The translations under genes and the position numbers were made by a program. This document shows, piece by piece, positions 35,400-47,900 of a stretch of 64,000 nucleotides of DNA. This stretch comes from Squalus acanthias (taxonomy: Eukaryota), in assembly GCA_030390025.1 (NCBI GenBank), contig JASTWF010000033.1, positions 4,156,001-4,220,000 on the forward strand, in the 5' to 3' direction. Positions within the stretch are counted from its first letter, which is position 1. Each line of letters begins with the position of its first letter. The notes beneath the pieces are model-generated. The model worked only from the letters and a program-made list of their open reading frames with translations, made no database searches and was not told the DNA's origin.

Positions 35400-37680
35400 T
35401 ACGTCATGTGCGTTAAACTGGGAAAAAAGGGGAAATCACACTGCTGGGATTGTACTGTAGACCCCCAAATAGCCAGAGGAAAATAGAAGAGAAAATATGT
35501 AGGCAAATTTCTGAGTAGTGCCAAAACAATAGGGCAATAATAGTAGGGGATTTCAACTGCACTAATATTAACTGGGATAGAATTCGTAAATGCATTCAGG
35601 AGAAAATTTTTAGCCAGAATGTAGCAAGCCCAACAAGAGAGCACAGAAAATACTGTGGATGGCAGCAGGAAGTTGCAAAAGCATATTGATATAAGTGAGT
35701 GAGAAATAATTGTGGCGGATGTACTTTAATGTGGGAAAGTGTGTGGTCATCCACTTTGGACCTAAGAAAGATCGATCAGTGAATTTTATAAATGTTAAGG
35801 AGTTACGAACGGCGGTGGAGCGCCGACATTTAATGGTCCAAGTACAAAACTAACTAAAAGATAGTGGATAGATACCAACCTAATTTAAAATAAAGGCTCA
35901 TGAAATGTCGCCCTTTTTTTCAAGTGGCTGGGATACAAAGGATTGGAAGTTAAGTTACCGTTGTATAAAGCTCTAGTTAGACACCTATTAGATTATTGTG
36001 CTCAGGTCTGGTCACCGCAAATCCACCAGAATGATACCGGGACTAAAAGGATTAAATTATGAGGACAGGTTGCATAGACTGGGCTTGTAATCCCTTGAGT
36101 ACAGAAGATTAACCGGTGATCCAATTGAAGTGCTTAGGATGATCAAAAGGAGTTCGTAGGGTAGAGAGAGAGAAACATTTAAATTTCTTTGGGAGTGTCG
36201 AGATCATGGGGTTATAATTTGACAAATATGTTAGAGTTTTTTGAGGATGTAACTGGCAGGGTAGATAAAGTGGAACAAGTGAATGTAGTATATTTTGATT
36301 TTCAAAAGGAATTCGATAAGATGCCACATAAAGGGCTGTTATGCAAGATAAGGGCTCACGGGGTTGGGGTAATGTATTAGCATGGATAAAGAATAGGTAA
36401 CGGACAGAAAACAGAGAGTAGAGATAAACGGATCATTTTCAGATTGGCAGGCTATAACTAGTGGAGTGTCGCAGGGATAAGTGCTTGGGCCTCAGCTATT
36501 CACAATCTAAATTAACGACTTAGTGGAAGGGACCTAGTGCAATGTATCCAAGTTTTCTGACAATACAAACGTTGGTGGGACAGTGAGCTGTGAGAAGAAC
36601 GGAAAGAGTCTGCAAAGGGATATAGACAGGTTAATTGAATGGGGAATATGGTGGCAGATAGAGTATAATGTGGGAAATGTGAGGTTACCCACTTTATCAG
36701 GTAGAATAGGAAATAGAATATTTTTAAATTGTCAGATACTATTACATTTTGGCGTTCAGAGAGATTGCGATGTCCTCGCAGAAGAAACATAGACAATTAG
36801 CATGCAGATAAAGCAAGCAATTAGGAAGGCAAATAACATGTTGGCATATGTATTGGGAGAGAGTTGGAGTACAAGAGTAAGGAAGTATTGCTATAATTGT
36901 ACAGGGCATTGGTGAGACCACACCCGGAGTACTGTGCACGGTATTGCTCTCTTTATCTGAGGAAGGATATACTTGCTGTAGGGGCGGTGCAGCAAAGGTT
37001 CACTGGATTGATTCCTGGGATAAGGGGGTTGTCCTATGAGGAAATATTGAGTAGATTGGGCCGATACTCTCTGGAGTTTAGGCGTATGAATGGTGATCTC
37101 ATTGAAATAGCTAAGTCTCTACGGGCGATTGAAAGGATAGATGCTGTGAGGTTGTTACCCCTGGCTGGAGTCTCTAGAACCAGGGCGCACAAACTCAGGA
37201 TCAGGGATCGGCCTTTTAAGACGTAGGTGAGGAGGAATTTCTTCACTCAGATGGTTGTGAACCTTTGGAAATCTCTACCACAAAGGGCTGTGGATGCTCA
37301 ATCATCGAGTATATTCAAGGCTGAGATATAAAGATTTTGGACTCTGGAGGAATCAAGGATATGGGGTTAGGGCAGGAAAGTGGAGTTGAGTTCGAAGTTC
37401 AGCCATATTCTCACTGAGTGATGGAGCGGGTTCGAGGGGCCGTGTGGCCCACTCCTGCTTCTAATTCTTATGTACCTTTAAACTCAAAATTAGAGAGAGT
37501 ATATTCAGGAGTGATGAAAGGAAGCAGTTCGTCACACAAAGGTAAGTGAAATCTGGAACTCTCACCTCAAAACACTGTTGAGGGTATGTTACTGATAATT
37601 TAAAACATTTAATAGATTTTGATAGGCACATTTGTTAAGATTTATGGAATCAAGGTGAGTAACTGTAATTAAGATACCGA
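35400..37680 (+). mobile_element. Stacked CR1 fragments
   Basis: YFDFQKEFDKMPH, YRALVRPHPEYC, tail cttatg at about 37470. Confidence 0.85.
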
Positions 37681-40600
37681 TTTATCATGCAATCACAGCA
37701 GGAAGAATCGTTGGATGAGAAACAAGTCCCTATATTCCTCTTCTATGCGCCTGAGGAATGCTTATCTCCCAGTTGCAAAGGAGAGGAAAATATGTGGAGA
37801 CATTGGGAGGTGGGGTCATTGAATACTCGGACCTCACATTAGGATGTTGAGACGCAAGAATCATGAAACCGAATATTGGAGGCTGTGCTCTCTGCTGACG
37901 TGTCTTCTGGGTTCGAAGACAGGGCCATAACATTAATGGGCTGATCCCACAACCTGTGCTCCAGTCCAGTGAGACTGCACCAAGAGCAGAGCCTGGCCAT
38001 GTCAACCTGTCATACTGCCAATGGGCGGGGCCTACGCTGGCTGCTGTGTGATTGGCTCCTGGCTCCTTTGTGATGTCACCTGGAGACAGGTTTTAGCCCC
38101 TGGTTACAATTCATCAGTTATAGTTACCGTGGGCAGGAGGTGGATTTGGCAGCGGGCACTCTGAGTGAGTTTACTCACAACAAATAGGGGAAGGACCGAA
38201 ATGCACAAGATAATTCTAAAGTTATTGAATCAAATGCTATCAATTACAAATATATTGAAATTAAATATAATCAGAGTGACAAGATTAGTTCTATTGTATT
38301 CCAGGTAATGTTCTCGACTCAAACCAGCCGCTGTGTGTTATAGGACAGCTGCCCAGTGTCTCTCTACCAGAGATGGTTACTCTCTTCCTCTGGGTAAGCA
38401 CCTTGCCATTAAGGCTTCCACTGTGATGAGGAGGGCAGGCGGTGAACCCAGGTCCGGCCACCCCAAGATGTGGAGCATCAACGCACGATAGCCCTGAACC
38501 AAATTGGCCACTCACTGCAACCATGAAAACTTAAAATTAGTACAGCGCTCCGCACATAGAGAGACAGCTCAGAACACTTGACATAGCAGGGAGCACAGAC
38601 TGGGTATCAAGCAGGTGTGAGAAAGGGTAGAGGGTGTAGAGAGCTGAGCGCTAGTGAGAGATTAGGTTATTGAGCAGGGTTATAAGGGAGGGCGGGAGTT
38701 CTAGATGCCCAGGCCGTAGTTCATTCAGGAACGACTGCCGACGGTGGAGCAGGAAGAGCGCTTAATGAGGATTAATGCTGTGCCACAGGAGCGGAAGAAG
38801 TGCGGACAGTGCGTACAGTGATGTGTGGCTGGAGGAGACTGCAGGGATTGGGAGGAAGTCAGGCACGCAGGGATTGCAATGGGCGGTAACGCTATTCATA
38901 TCAATTCACTGGAGCACAAGGAGCGAGTGGAAATTTTCAAGAAGGCAGAACATAAGGGTTTGGTCTTTGACCAGGTCAAGTCGTGCAATGTGACATTCGG
39001 AATACCCTTTAGCTTGTGGAGGGGTGAAGTGGGGAGGTTGGTAGGGAGAGCGTTGGAGAGATTGGCATTGAAATGACGGAAGCTGGATTAGGGTTTAGGC
39101 AGCAGAGGGTGGGAAGGCATTGATTTGGAGGTGAGAGATATCATGCTGGTAATGGATTGGGTGTGGGGGACGGACGCTGTACTCAGGATCGAGCAGGACA
39201 CAAAGGATCCACATCTCTGGGCTTAGCCTGAGGTTGCAGTAGGTAAACTGATAGAGTCAAAGCTGGTTTTGCGATGCTGCTTGTGGGAGTCAAAGAGGGC
39301 GGATTCAGTTTGCCTGACATTTATCCGGAGTGAATTTAGGCTTCTCAAGATTTCACTTTTGCACAGACAGTTGGAGAGTGGCAACGCCCTGGGGACAATT
39401 GAGGAGGCGGAGTGTGTCGTTGACTTCTTGTGGGAGCTGGCCACATGATTCCTGATGATATCACAGAGGGATATCATGTATCTGGGGACGATGGAGAATG
39501 ACCAGGTTGCAACATACATGGGAAGGAGGAGGAATTGTTGGAAGTGATTCAGGCCCCTTAATTCCTCTTCTATCCGTCTGGAGAATGCTTGCCCCAGGTT
39601 GAAAGCTTTAGTACAAAGGATGGTGACTCGTGATGCTCTCCCTCCATCCATCCATTTTGATGGTTGCTTGAGGAATCTCTCCGTGGCCCTTGTGGCTGCT
39701 CCCGTATGACCGGGGTTTCTAAGAAGGACAGGCAACCAAGTGAAGGTAGTCCGGAAAATTAAACAGACATTTTTTCCGCCCAGGAATCCATTACATCATT
39801 TGAGGCTGTATACAAACAGTAGCCGGAGGCCTCCAGCGCCGTGGATGGTGTCAGCTTGCTGCAGAGAGACCGTGCTGACACTTTTATCATTCAATGACGC
39901 ACGAAAACCAAGCACCCAATCTCTAGATTGGAGCAGATTATTTCCCTTTTAATTACAATCACCTTTTTTTCCTCATGATTCCACCTTCATCTCTGATACA
40001 AATGTATTTTATCCGCATTCATTCCTCTTAGATTGCTGACCCAAAGATCAGCGAGCTTTCATGTTGGATTGTACCAAAAATCAGTTTGGTTCAGTCCATC
40101 CCTGGAGGGCGGAGGACCCATGACTATTATGCCCCTTTCCCTTCTGTAGATCCTGCCCTGGAATTGAAAGAATACATTTCAGCAAATGATTTTAAACGTC
40201 CTGTCACTGCTCGCGAAGATGAACAACAAGTGATGCAGAATGCTCTTTGGGGTATGCAGTTTTATTCTTGTTTTGAATTGGTCTGTGAAGCTGATTGACA
40301 CCTTCATTTATCAATTAGTTCATGTACCAAGCACTGGCCTGAACTCAGGTACATTCCGCATACTCACAGAGATCAGCACAAGAGACCGAAACATCCCAAT
40401 CACAGGAGCTGATCCAGGAATTGTGCCGCTCTAACTCTGCACTTCAATTAGCAACCTCTAGTTATTAGCCACTGTCTTTTCCCACCCTGCTTAATGATCT
40501 TCTTGAGGCTGCTGCTGGACTATTGCGCGTGAATCTCTTCAAAACTTACAGAATCTCCACATTTTAGCTCTTCAATTCTGTTATTTTAGCTCCGCTTTGA

Positions 40601-40700
40601 AGACCAGGAGCACTATCCAGATATCATGCATGTCCTGAGAGCACGATTGCAGGACTGTACAGGAGATAAGGGACTAACACCAAAGAGGTAGGACATGCTT
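37680..40700 (+). pseudogene. Unknown gene family, copy P1 (most complete): promoter 38020-38135, exon 1 to donor 38165, putative exons 38305-38393, from 39367, 40150-40229, 40349-40528, 40590-40687
   Basis: AG/GT boundaries, phase-compatible last three exons, homology to four other copies; in-frame stops present. Confidence 0.6.
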
Positions 40701-41219
40701 CGAAAATTAAGCAGCTGGTAAAAAGGGTGACGTGTTAAGTGGATCAGTGTGGTGAGCGCCTAGTGAGAGAGAAGTTTAGTGAGGAGCGTATTGAAGACAG
40801 TGAGAGAGGGGACCAGATGTCCAGGGTGCCGGGGCTTGAGGAAAGTCTGCCGATGGTGGAGCAGAAGGAGCGGTTAATGAGGAGTAATCTGATGCCATAG
40901 GAGCGGAGAGAGGAACAGAGTTTGATAAGAGTGATGTGTGGCTGCAGGAGATCGCTGAGATAGCGGGGAACTCAGGCACGATGTGACTGAAAATGGCGTT
41001 ATCGTGTAGACAGGGATAATTGGTTTTGGCTTTGTTCGGTTCAACACTTGCGCTGTGCATTCGGAATAACTTCTAGTTTGTGCAGGTTGGAAGTAGGGAG
41101 GCCCGTAAGGAGAGTGTTGGAGAAATTGAAACTCGAGGTAACCAAGGCTGGATTATTACATTGCATAGGATATACGGCACAGAAACAGGCCATTCGGCCC
41201 AACCAGGCCATGCCTGCGT

Positions 41220-42790
41220 TTCGTTACTGGGAACTGTTGTTAGGAACAGAGTGACTGAGCACTTCGACAAAAATGAGCTGATCAGAGAGAACCAGAATGG
41301 ATTTGTAAGGTAATTCATGTGTAGATGAGGGGTGTGAAGCTTAAGTCCTGTCTCAAGAGCCTAGTTGAATATTGTCAATAGATAGCTAATGTAGTAGATG
41401 AGGGGTGTCTATGGATGTTATTTGTATGAACTTGCAGAAGGCATTCGAGAAGGTTCAACTTAGGAGACTGTTAACAGAAACTAGAGCACATGGAATTGGA
41501 GGCAATTTATTGACCTGGGTAGAGAATTGGTTTGGAGCTCGGAGACAATGTGTAGGGATAATCTGTCTTTTTTCAAATTGGCAGCATGTGACTAATGGTG
41601 TCCCTAGGGATCAGTGCTGGGGGCTCCTTTTTAAACTATGTTTATAAATGACTTGGATGAACCAATAGAATGCAATATGTTTGCTGACAACTCCAAGTTA
41701 GGTGTCACAGTAAATGGTGTGGATGGGAGCAGGAAGTTGCACTGGGACATTGATTAAGTGAGTGTGAAAAACCTGTGTCAGATGGAGATCAATGTGGGAA
41801 GTGTGAGGTCATCCAATTTAAACTACCAAAGATAGATCAGCGTATTTTCTAAATGGTGAGAAGTTGGGAATGGTGGTGGAGCAGAGGGATTGAGGGGTCC
41901 AGGAACAGAAATCACTAAAAGCGAGTGGACAGGTACCAAAAGTAATTTAAAAGAAAGGCTAATGCAATGTTGCCCTTTATCTCAAGCGGCTGGAATACAA
42001 AGGATTGCAATCGACGTTTGTTGTATAAAACTCTGGTTAGACCCCATTTGGAAAACAAAGTTCAGTTCTGGGCACCACAGATTCACCTGAATGTTACCGG
42101 GGCTAAAAGGGTTAGATTATGAGGACAGGTTACAGAGACGAGCCTTATAACCTCCAACATTATTTTTTATTCGTTCATGGGATCTGGGCGTCGCTGGCAA
42201 GGCCAGCATTTATTGCCCATCCCTAGTTGCCCTTGAGAAGGTGGTGGTGAGCCGCCTTCTTGAACCGCTGCAGTCCGTGTGATGAAGGTACTCCCACAGT
42301 GCTGTTAGGGAGGGTGTTCCAGGATTTTGACCCAGCGACGATGAAGGAGCGGCGATATACTTCCAAGTCAGGATGCTGTGTGACTTGAAGGAGAACTTTG
42401 AAGTGGTGGTGTTCGCATGCGCCTGCTGCCCTTGTCCTTCTAGGTGGAAGAGGTGCTGCTGAAGAAGTTTTAGAGAAGTATAGAAGATTAACCGGTCATC
42501 TAACTGAAATGTTTAAGATGATCAAAATGATTTGATAAGGTAGATAGAGAGAAACGTTTTCTTCTGGTGAGGGTGTGGAGATCAAGGTGGGATAATCTGA
42601 AAATTAGAAAGGGTACATTCAGCAGTGATGTCAGGAAGCAGTTCTTCACACAGAGGCGAGTGAAAGCTGGAACTCTCACTCCATAACGCTGCTAAGGATA
42701 GGATATTGGAGATTTCAAAAAGGAGATTGATAGAACTTGTTCGGCAAGTCTATTTAGAGTTATGGAAACAAGGCGTGTAATTGGAGAGAG
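41220..42790 (+). mobile_element. Old CR1 fragment (inverted paralogue of 22600-23800) with a nested minus-strand LINE tail at 42161-42470
   Basis: VVRNRVTEHFDKNELIRENQNGFV versus VVRNRVTKHLDKYELIRESQHGFV on the minus strand at 23700-23790. Confidence 0.85.
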
Positions 42791-44900
42791 GATACATATT
42801 AACATCATACCGTGACAGCAGATGGGATCTTTGGATGTCACACAATTCCAAATATTCCTCTTCTATACATCTGGGGAATGCTTAGTTCTCAGTTGCAAAG
42901 GGAAGGAAACATTCGTGGAGACATTTGGAGGTGGAGGATATTCATAGAATCATCGAAACTTAAGGCACAGAAGTAGACCATTCGGCCCATGTTGTCTATG
43001 CCAGATTGAATTTGGACATCACCTTAGGAGGTTGGGAGGCAATATTCATAAAACCCTAATATTGTGATTTGTGTTCTGTAACTGGGACGTCATTAGTCTA
43101 GAGCTGGGCTCGGAGACAGGTCCTTAAAACTAATGGGCCAATCCTGCAACCTGTGCTCCAGTCCAGTGAGACTGCAACAGGAGCAGATCCTGGCCAAGTC
43201 AAACTGTCACAGCGCCAGTGGGCGGGGCCTGCGCTGGCTGCTATGTGATTGGCTCCTGGCTCCTTTGTGATTTCACCTGGAGACAGGTTTTAGCCCCTGG
43301 TTACAATTCATGAGTTGTAGTTACCGTGGGCAGGAGCTGGAGTTGGCAGCTGGCACATCATACATGGACAGGAGGAGGAATCGGTGGACATGAGACAGAA
43401 CCCAATATTGCTCTTCTATGTCTCTGGAGAATGCTTAGTTCTCCGGGGCAAATGAGAGGGTAAAGTGGTGGAGACTCGTGATATTCACCCGCCACCCCTG
43501 AGATTCCCAAGGCTTCCCCTGAGCAAGTGGGGCGGAGCATCTGTGCCCACAACATTCACAGACATTTCAATGACAGGGACATGAAGGGAGAAAGCCAAAC
43601 GTTCCCTGCCGGATCATGTTTCTGGAGTTGTGGAGATGCGAGGGACTGGCAACAAAGTGATGGAGATGTAAACAGGTAAGTGGAATTTTCTAGCCAAAAT
43701 AATTAATGAGATCTTTGGTGCTGTGTAAAAAACTCCATTCAGAATCCGCCAGTCCCGAGGCTGGTGTCAGGTGTCTGTAAAGGCAAAATACTCACACTTT
43801 CACACTCCCTGACACACTGAAACCAGGCACTCAACTTTAGAGTGGAATAGATTCCATTACTTGTTAGGTGAAAATATCATCTTTTCCACATTATTCAACT
43901 TACATCTCTTGGGACCTTTTATTTTATCCACCTACATTCAAGTGCTAGATTTTGTCCCAAAGATCTGTGGGGTTCATGTTTGATTCTGCCTCAAATCAGG
44001 GTGGTTCAGTCCATCCTTGGAGAATGGTGGACCCAGCACTATTCTGGGTGGTTCAGTCCATCCCTGGAGAATGGTGGACCCATCACTATTCAGGGTGGTT
44101 CAGTCCATCCCTGGAGAATGGTGGACCCAGCACTATTCTGGGTGTTCAGTCCATCCCTGGAGAATGGTGGACCCAGCACTATTCTGTTCCTTTCTGTTCT
44201 ACAAATACTGACCTGGCATTGGAACAAAAATTCTATGGAAAACCTATACGGGACAAAAGTTTCAGGAAAAGGTACTCAACGTCCTGCCACCTCTCCCAAA
44301 GATGAATAACAAGTAATGCAGATTGCTCGTTGAGGTAAGCAGTTTAATTCCTGGTTTGAATTGGCCTGTGCGCATGTCTGACATGTTCATTGATTAATTA
44401 GTTCATGTACCCAGCACTGGCATGAAATCAGGTACATTCCGCACACTCACAGAGATCAGCACAAGAGCCCGAAACTTCCCTACCACAGGAACAGATCCTG
44501 GGAATCTGCAACACTAACTCTGCGGGTCCACTAGGAATCTCTAGCGATCAGCCCCTGTATGCTCCCGCTTCATATTATGATGTTCCTGTGGTTGCTGCTG
44601 GGACATTGCGGGTGCGGGACATGAAACTTAAGAAATGTTCAACCTTTGACCTCTTCAATTCTTATTGTTCAGCTCCTCTTTGAGGACCAGATCCGTCCTT
44701 CAGATGTCCTGCATTTCCTGACAGCACATTTTCACGACTGCACAAGAGGCAAGAGTTTGATGCCAAAGAGGTAGGACTTGTTCAGCCACAAACGTCAATG
44801 TCCATCTTGCTCATCTTTCTAAAGGTACAAACACTGCCCTTCTGTCAGTATCCTCCATCAGCTGCAGAACATCTCTTTCCGTATCCTGCTTCAAAAATAA
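42790..44900 (+). pseudogene. Unknown gene family, copy P2: promoter 43219-43335; putative exons 44205-44312, 44432-44611, 44673-44770
   Basis: Inverted paralogue of 20700-22600. Confidence 0.6.
43999..44185. repeat. 47-bp tandem repeat, 4 copies
   Basis: gggtggttcagtccatccctggagaatggtggacccagcactattct at 43999, 44046, 44093 and 44140. Confidence 0.95.
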
Positions 44901-44919
44901 TATCAGCTTGACAGATATG

Positions 44920-47900
44920 TAGAACCACTACAACCCCAGCACAGGACTGCAAGGGCACAGACCTGTACAATCCCACAGCACTGCACCGTAAGGGCACAAA
45001 ACTTTAAATCCAAGAACATTATTATAAGGACACAGGCCAGTACAAACCCTCAGCATTTTCCTGCAAGGAAACAAACATGTACAACACAAACACAGTCCGA
45101 TTAATAAACAGAGCTGTACCATCCCATCACTGTCCTGTATAAACACCAGCAGAGTCCTATAACTACACAGAACTGTACCTCCCCAGCACTGTCCTTTATA
45201 AACCCCCAGCACTATCCTGTAACTAAATAGAAATGTACCACCCCAGCACAGTCCTGTATAAACCCCCAGCACTATCCGGTACCGAAACAGAGCCGTACCA
45301 CCCCAGAACAGTCCTGTATAAACCGCCAGCACTATCCTGTAACTACACAGAGCTCAACCACCCCAGTATTGTCCTGCATAAACCCCAGCAGAGTCCTATC
45401 AATACACAGAACTGTACCACCCCAGCACAGTCCTGTATAAACCCACAGCAATATCCTGCAACTACACAGAGCCGTACCATCCCACCACTGTCCTGTATAA
45501 ACCGCCAGCACAATCCTGTAACGACACAGAGCTCAACCACCCCAGTATTGTCCTGCATAAACCCCAGCAGAGTCCTATAAATACACAGCGCAGTACTACA
45601 CCAGCACTGTCCTGTATAAACACCCCAGCACTGTCCTGTAAATACACAGAGCTGTACCACCCCAGCAATGTCCTGTTTAAACCCCAGCACTGTACATTTC
45701 GACACAGACATGTAACACACCAGTACTGTCCTGTAAAATACCCCAGCACTGTCCTGTAACTACACAGAGCTGTAAAACCACAGCACTGTCCTTTATAACC
45801 CCCTGCACTGTCCTGTAACTACACATTGCTGTACCACCCCAGCACTGGCCTGTATAACCACCCGCTCACCCACCCCAGCACTGTTCTGTAACTAGACAGA
45901 GCTGTACCACCCCAGCACTGTCCCGTATAAGACCCCAGCACATCCTTTAACTACACAGAGCTGAGCAACCACAGCACTGTCCTGCATAATCCCCCAGCAC
46001 TGTATTGTTAGGACACAGATCTGTACAAAGCCAACACTGTACTGTAAAGCTACAGATCTGTGCATCCCCTGCCCTGCACTGTAAGGACAAATACATGTAC
46101 AACCCCATTATTGTACTATAAGACACAGCAGTTTAAAATAACCCAGCACTGCACTGTAAGGTTACAGAGTTTTACAACCGCCTACACTGCACTGTAAGGA
46201 CTGAGTCATATACAGCCCCGGCACTCTAATGTACGGACAAAGACATGTACAGCCCCGACACCACACTGCATGGACGCAGAACGGTACCCCCCACCCCCAT
46301 CATTGCTCTTTAAGGAGACAGAATTGCACAACCCCAGCACTGCACTGTTAGGACACAGACCTGCACAAGCCAAGCTATGCACTGTTAGGATATAGACCTG
46401 TAGAACCACAGCAATGCACTGTTAGGACACAGAACTGTACAACTCCTGCACTGCACTGTTAGGACACAGACCTGTACAATTCAAGCAATGCACTGTTAGG
46501 ACACAGACCTGTACAACCCAAGCACTGCACTGTTAGGACACAGACCTGTAGAACCCAAACAATGCATTGTTAGGACACAGACCTGTAGAACCTCAGCACT
46601 GCACTGTTAGGACACAGAACTGTACCACCCTAGCACAGTCCTGTATAAACCCCAGCAGAGTCCTATCAATACACAGAACTGTACCACCCCAGCACAGTCC
46701 TGTATAAACCCAAAGCAATATCCTGGAACTACACAGAGCCGTACCATCCCACCACTGTCCTGTATAAACCGCCAGCACAATCCTGTAACTACACAGAGCT
46801 CAACCACCCCAGTATTGTCTTGCATAAACCCCAGCAGAGTCCTATAAATACACAGCGCAGTACTGCAACAGCACTGTCCTGTATAAACAGCCCAGCACTG
46901 TCCTGTAAATACACAGAGCTGTACCACCCCAGCAATGTTCTGTTTAAAGCCCCAGCACTGTACATTTCGGACACAGACATGTAACGCACTAGCACTGTCG
47001 TGCAAAAAATGTCAGCACAGTCCTGTAACTACACAGAGCTGTACCATCACAGCACTCTCCTGTACAACCCCCTGCACTGTCCTGTAACTACACAGAACTG
47101 TACAACCCAGCACTGGCCTGAATAACCATCCCCCCAACCCCAGCACTGTTCTGTAACTAGACAGAGCTGTACCACCCCATTACTGTCCCGAATAAAAACT
47201 AGCACTGCCCTATAACTACACAGAGCTGTACAACCACAGCACTGTCCTGCATAATCCCCCAGCACTGTATTGTTAGGACACAGATCTGTACAAAGCCAAC
47301 ACTGTACTGTAAGGCTACAGATCTGTGCATCCCCTGCCCTGCACTGTAAGGACAAATACATGTACAACCCCATTATTGTACTATAAGGACACAGCAGTTT
47401 AAAATAACCCAGCACTGCACTGTAAGGACAGAGTCATGTACAGCCCCGGCACTCTAATGTATGGACACAGACATGTACAGCCCCGGCACTACACTGCATG
47501 GACGCAGACATGTACAACCCCGGCACTCTAATGTACGGACACAGACATGTACAGCCCCGGCACTACACTGCATGGACGCAGAACGGTACCCCCAACCCCC
47601 ATCATTGTTCTTTAAGGAGATAGAACTGCACAACCCCAGCACTGTACTGTAGAATCACAAAACTGTACAATCCCACAGCACTGTACTGTGGGAACACAGA
47701 ACTGTACAATCCTCCAGCACTGCACTGTAACAACACTCACCTGCACAACCCAAACAATGCACTGTTAGGACACAGACCCGTACAACCTCAGCACTGCACT
47801 GTTAGGACACAGACCTGTACAACCACAGCACTGCACTGCTAGGGCTCAGACCTGTAGAACCACAGCACTGCACTGTTAGGACACAGACCTGTAGAACCGA

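Noticed and set aside
38041..38090. MHC S-X-Y promoter module
   Set aside because: Order and orientation of the X-like and Y boxes differ from SXY and no MHC-like exons are nearby
39223..39735. 170-aa minus-strand ORF as a gene
   Set aside because: Antisense to the splice and promoter orientation of the family and not conserved in paralogues
43999..44185. CRISPR-like direct repeats
   Set aside because: No spacers, no cas genes, eukaryotic context
44928..47652. Cys-rich keratin-associated or metallothionein-like ORFs
   Set aside because: Minisatellite translations with no consistent frame
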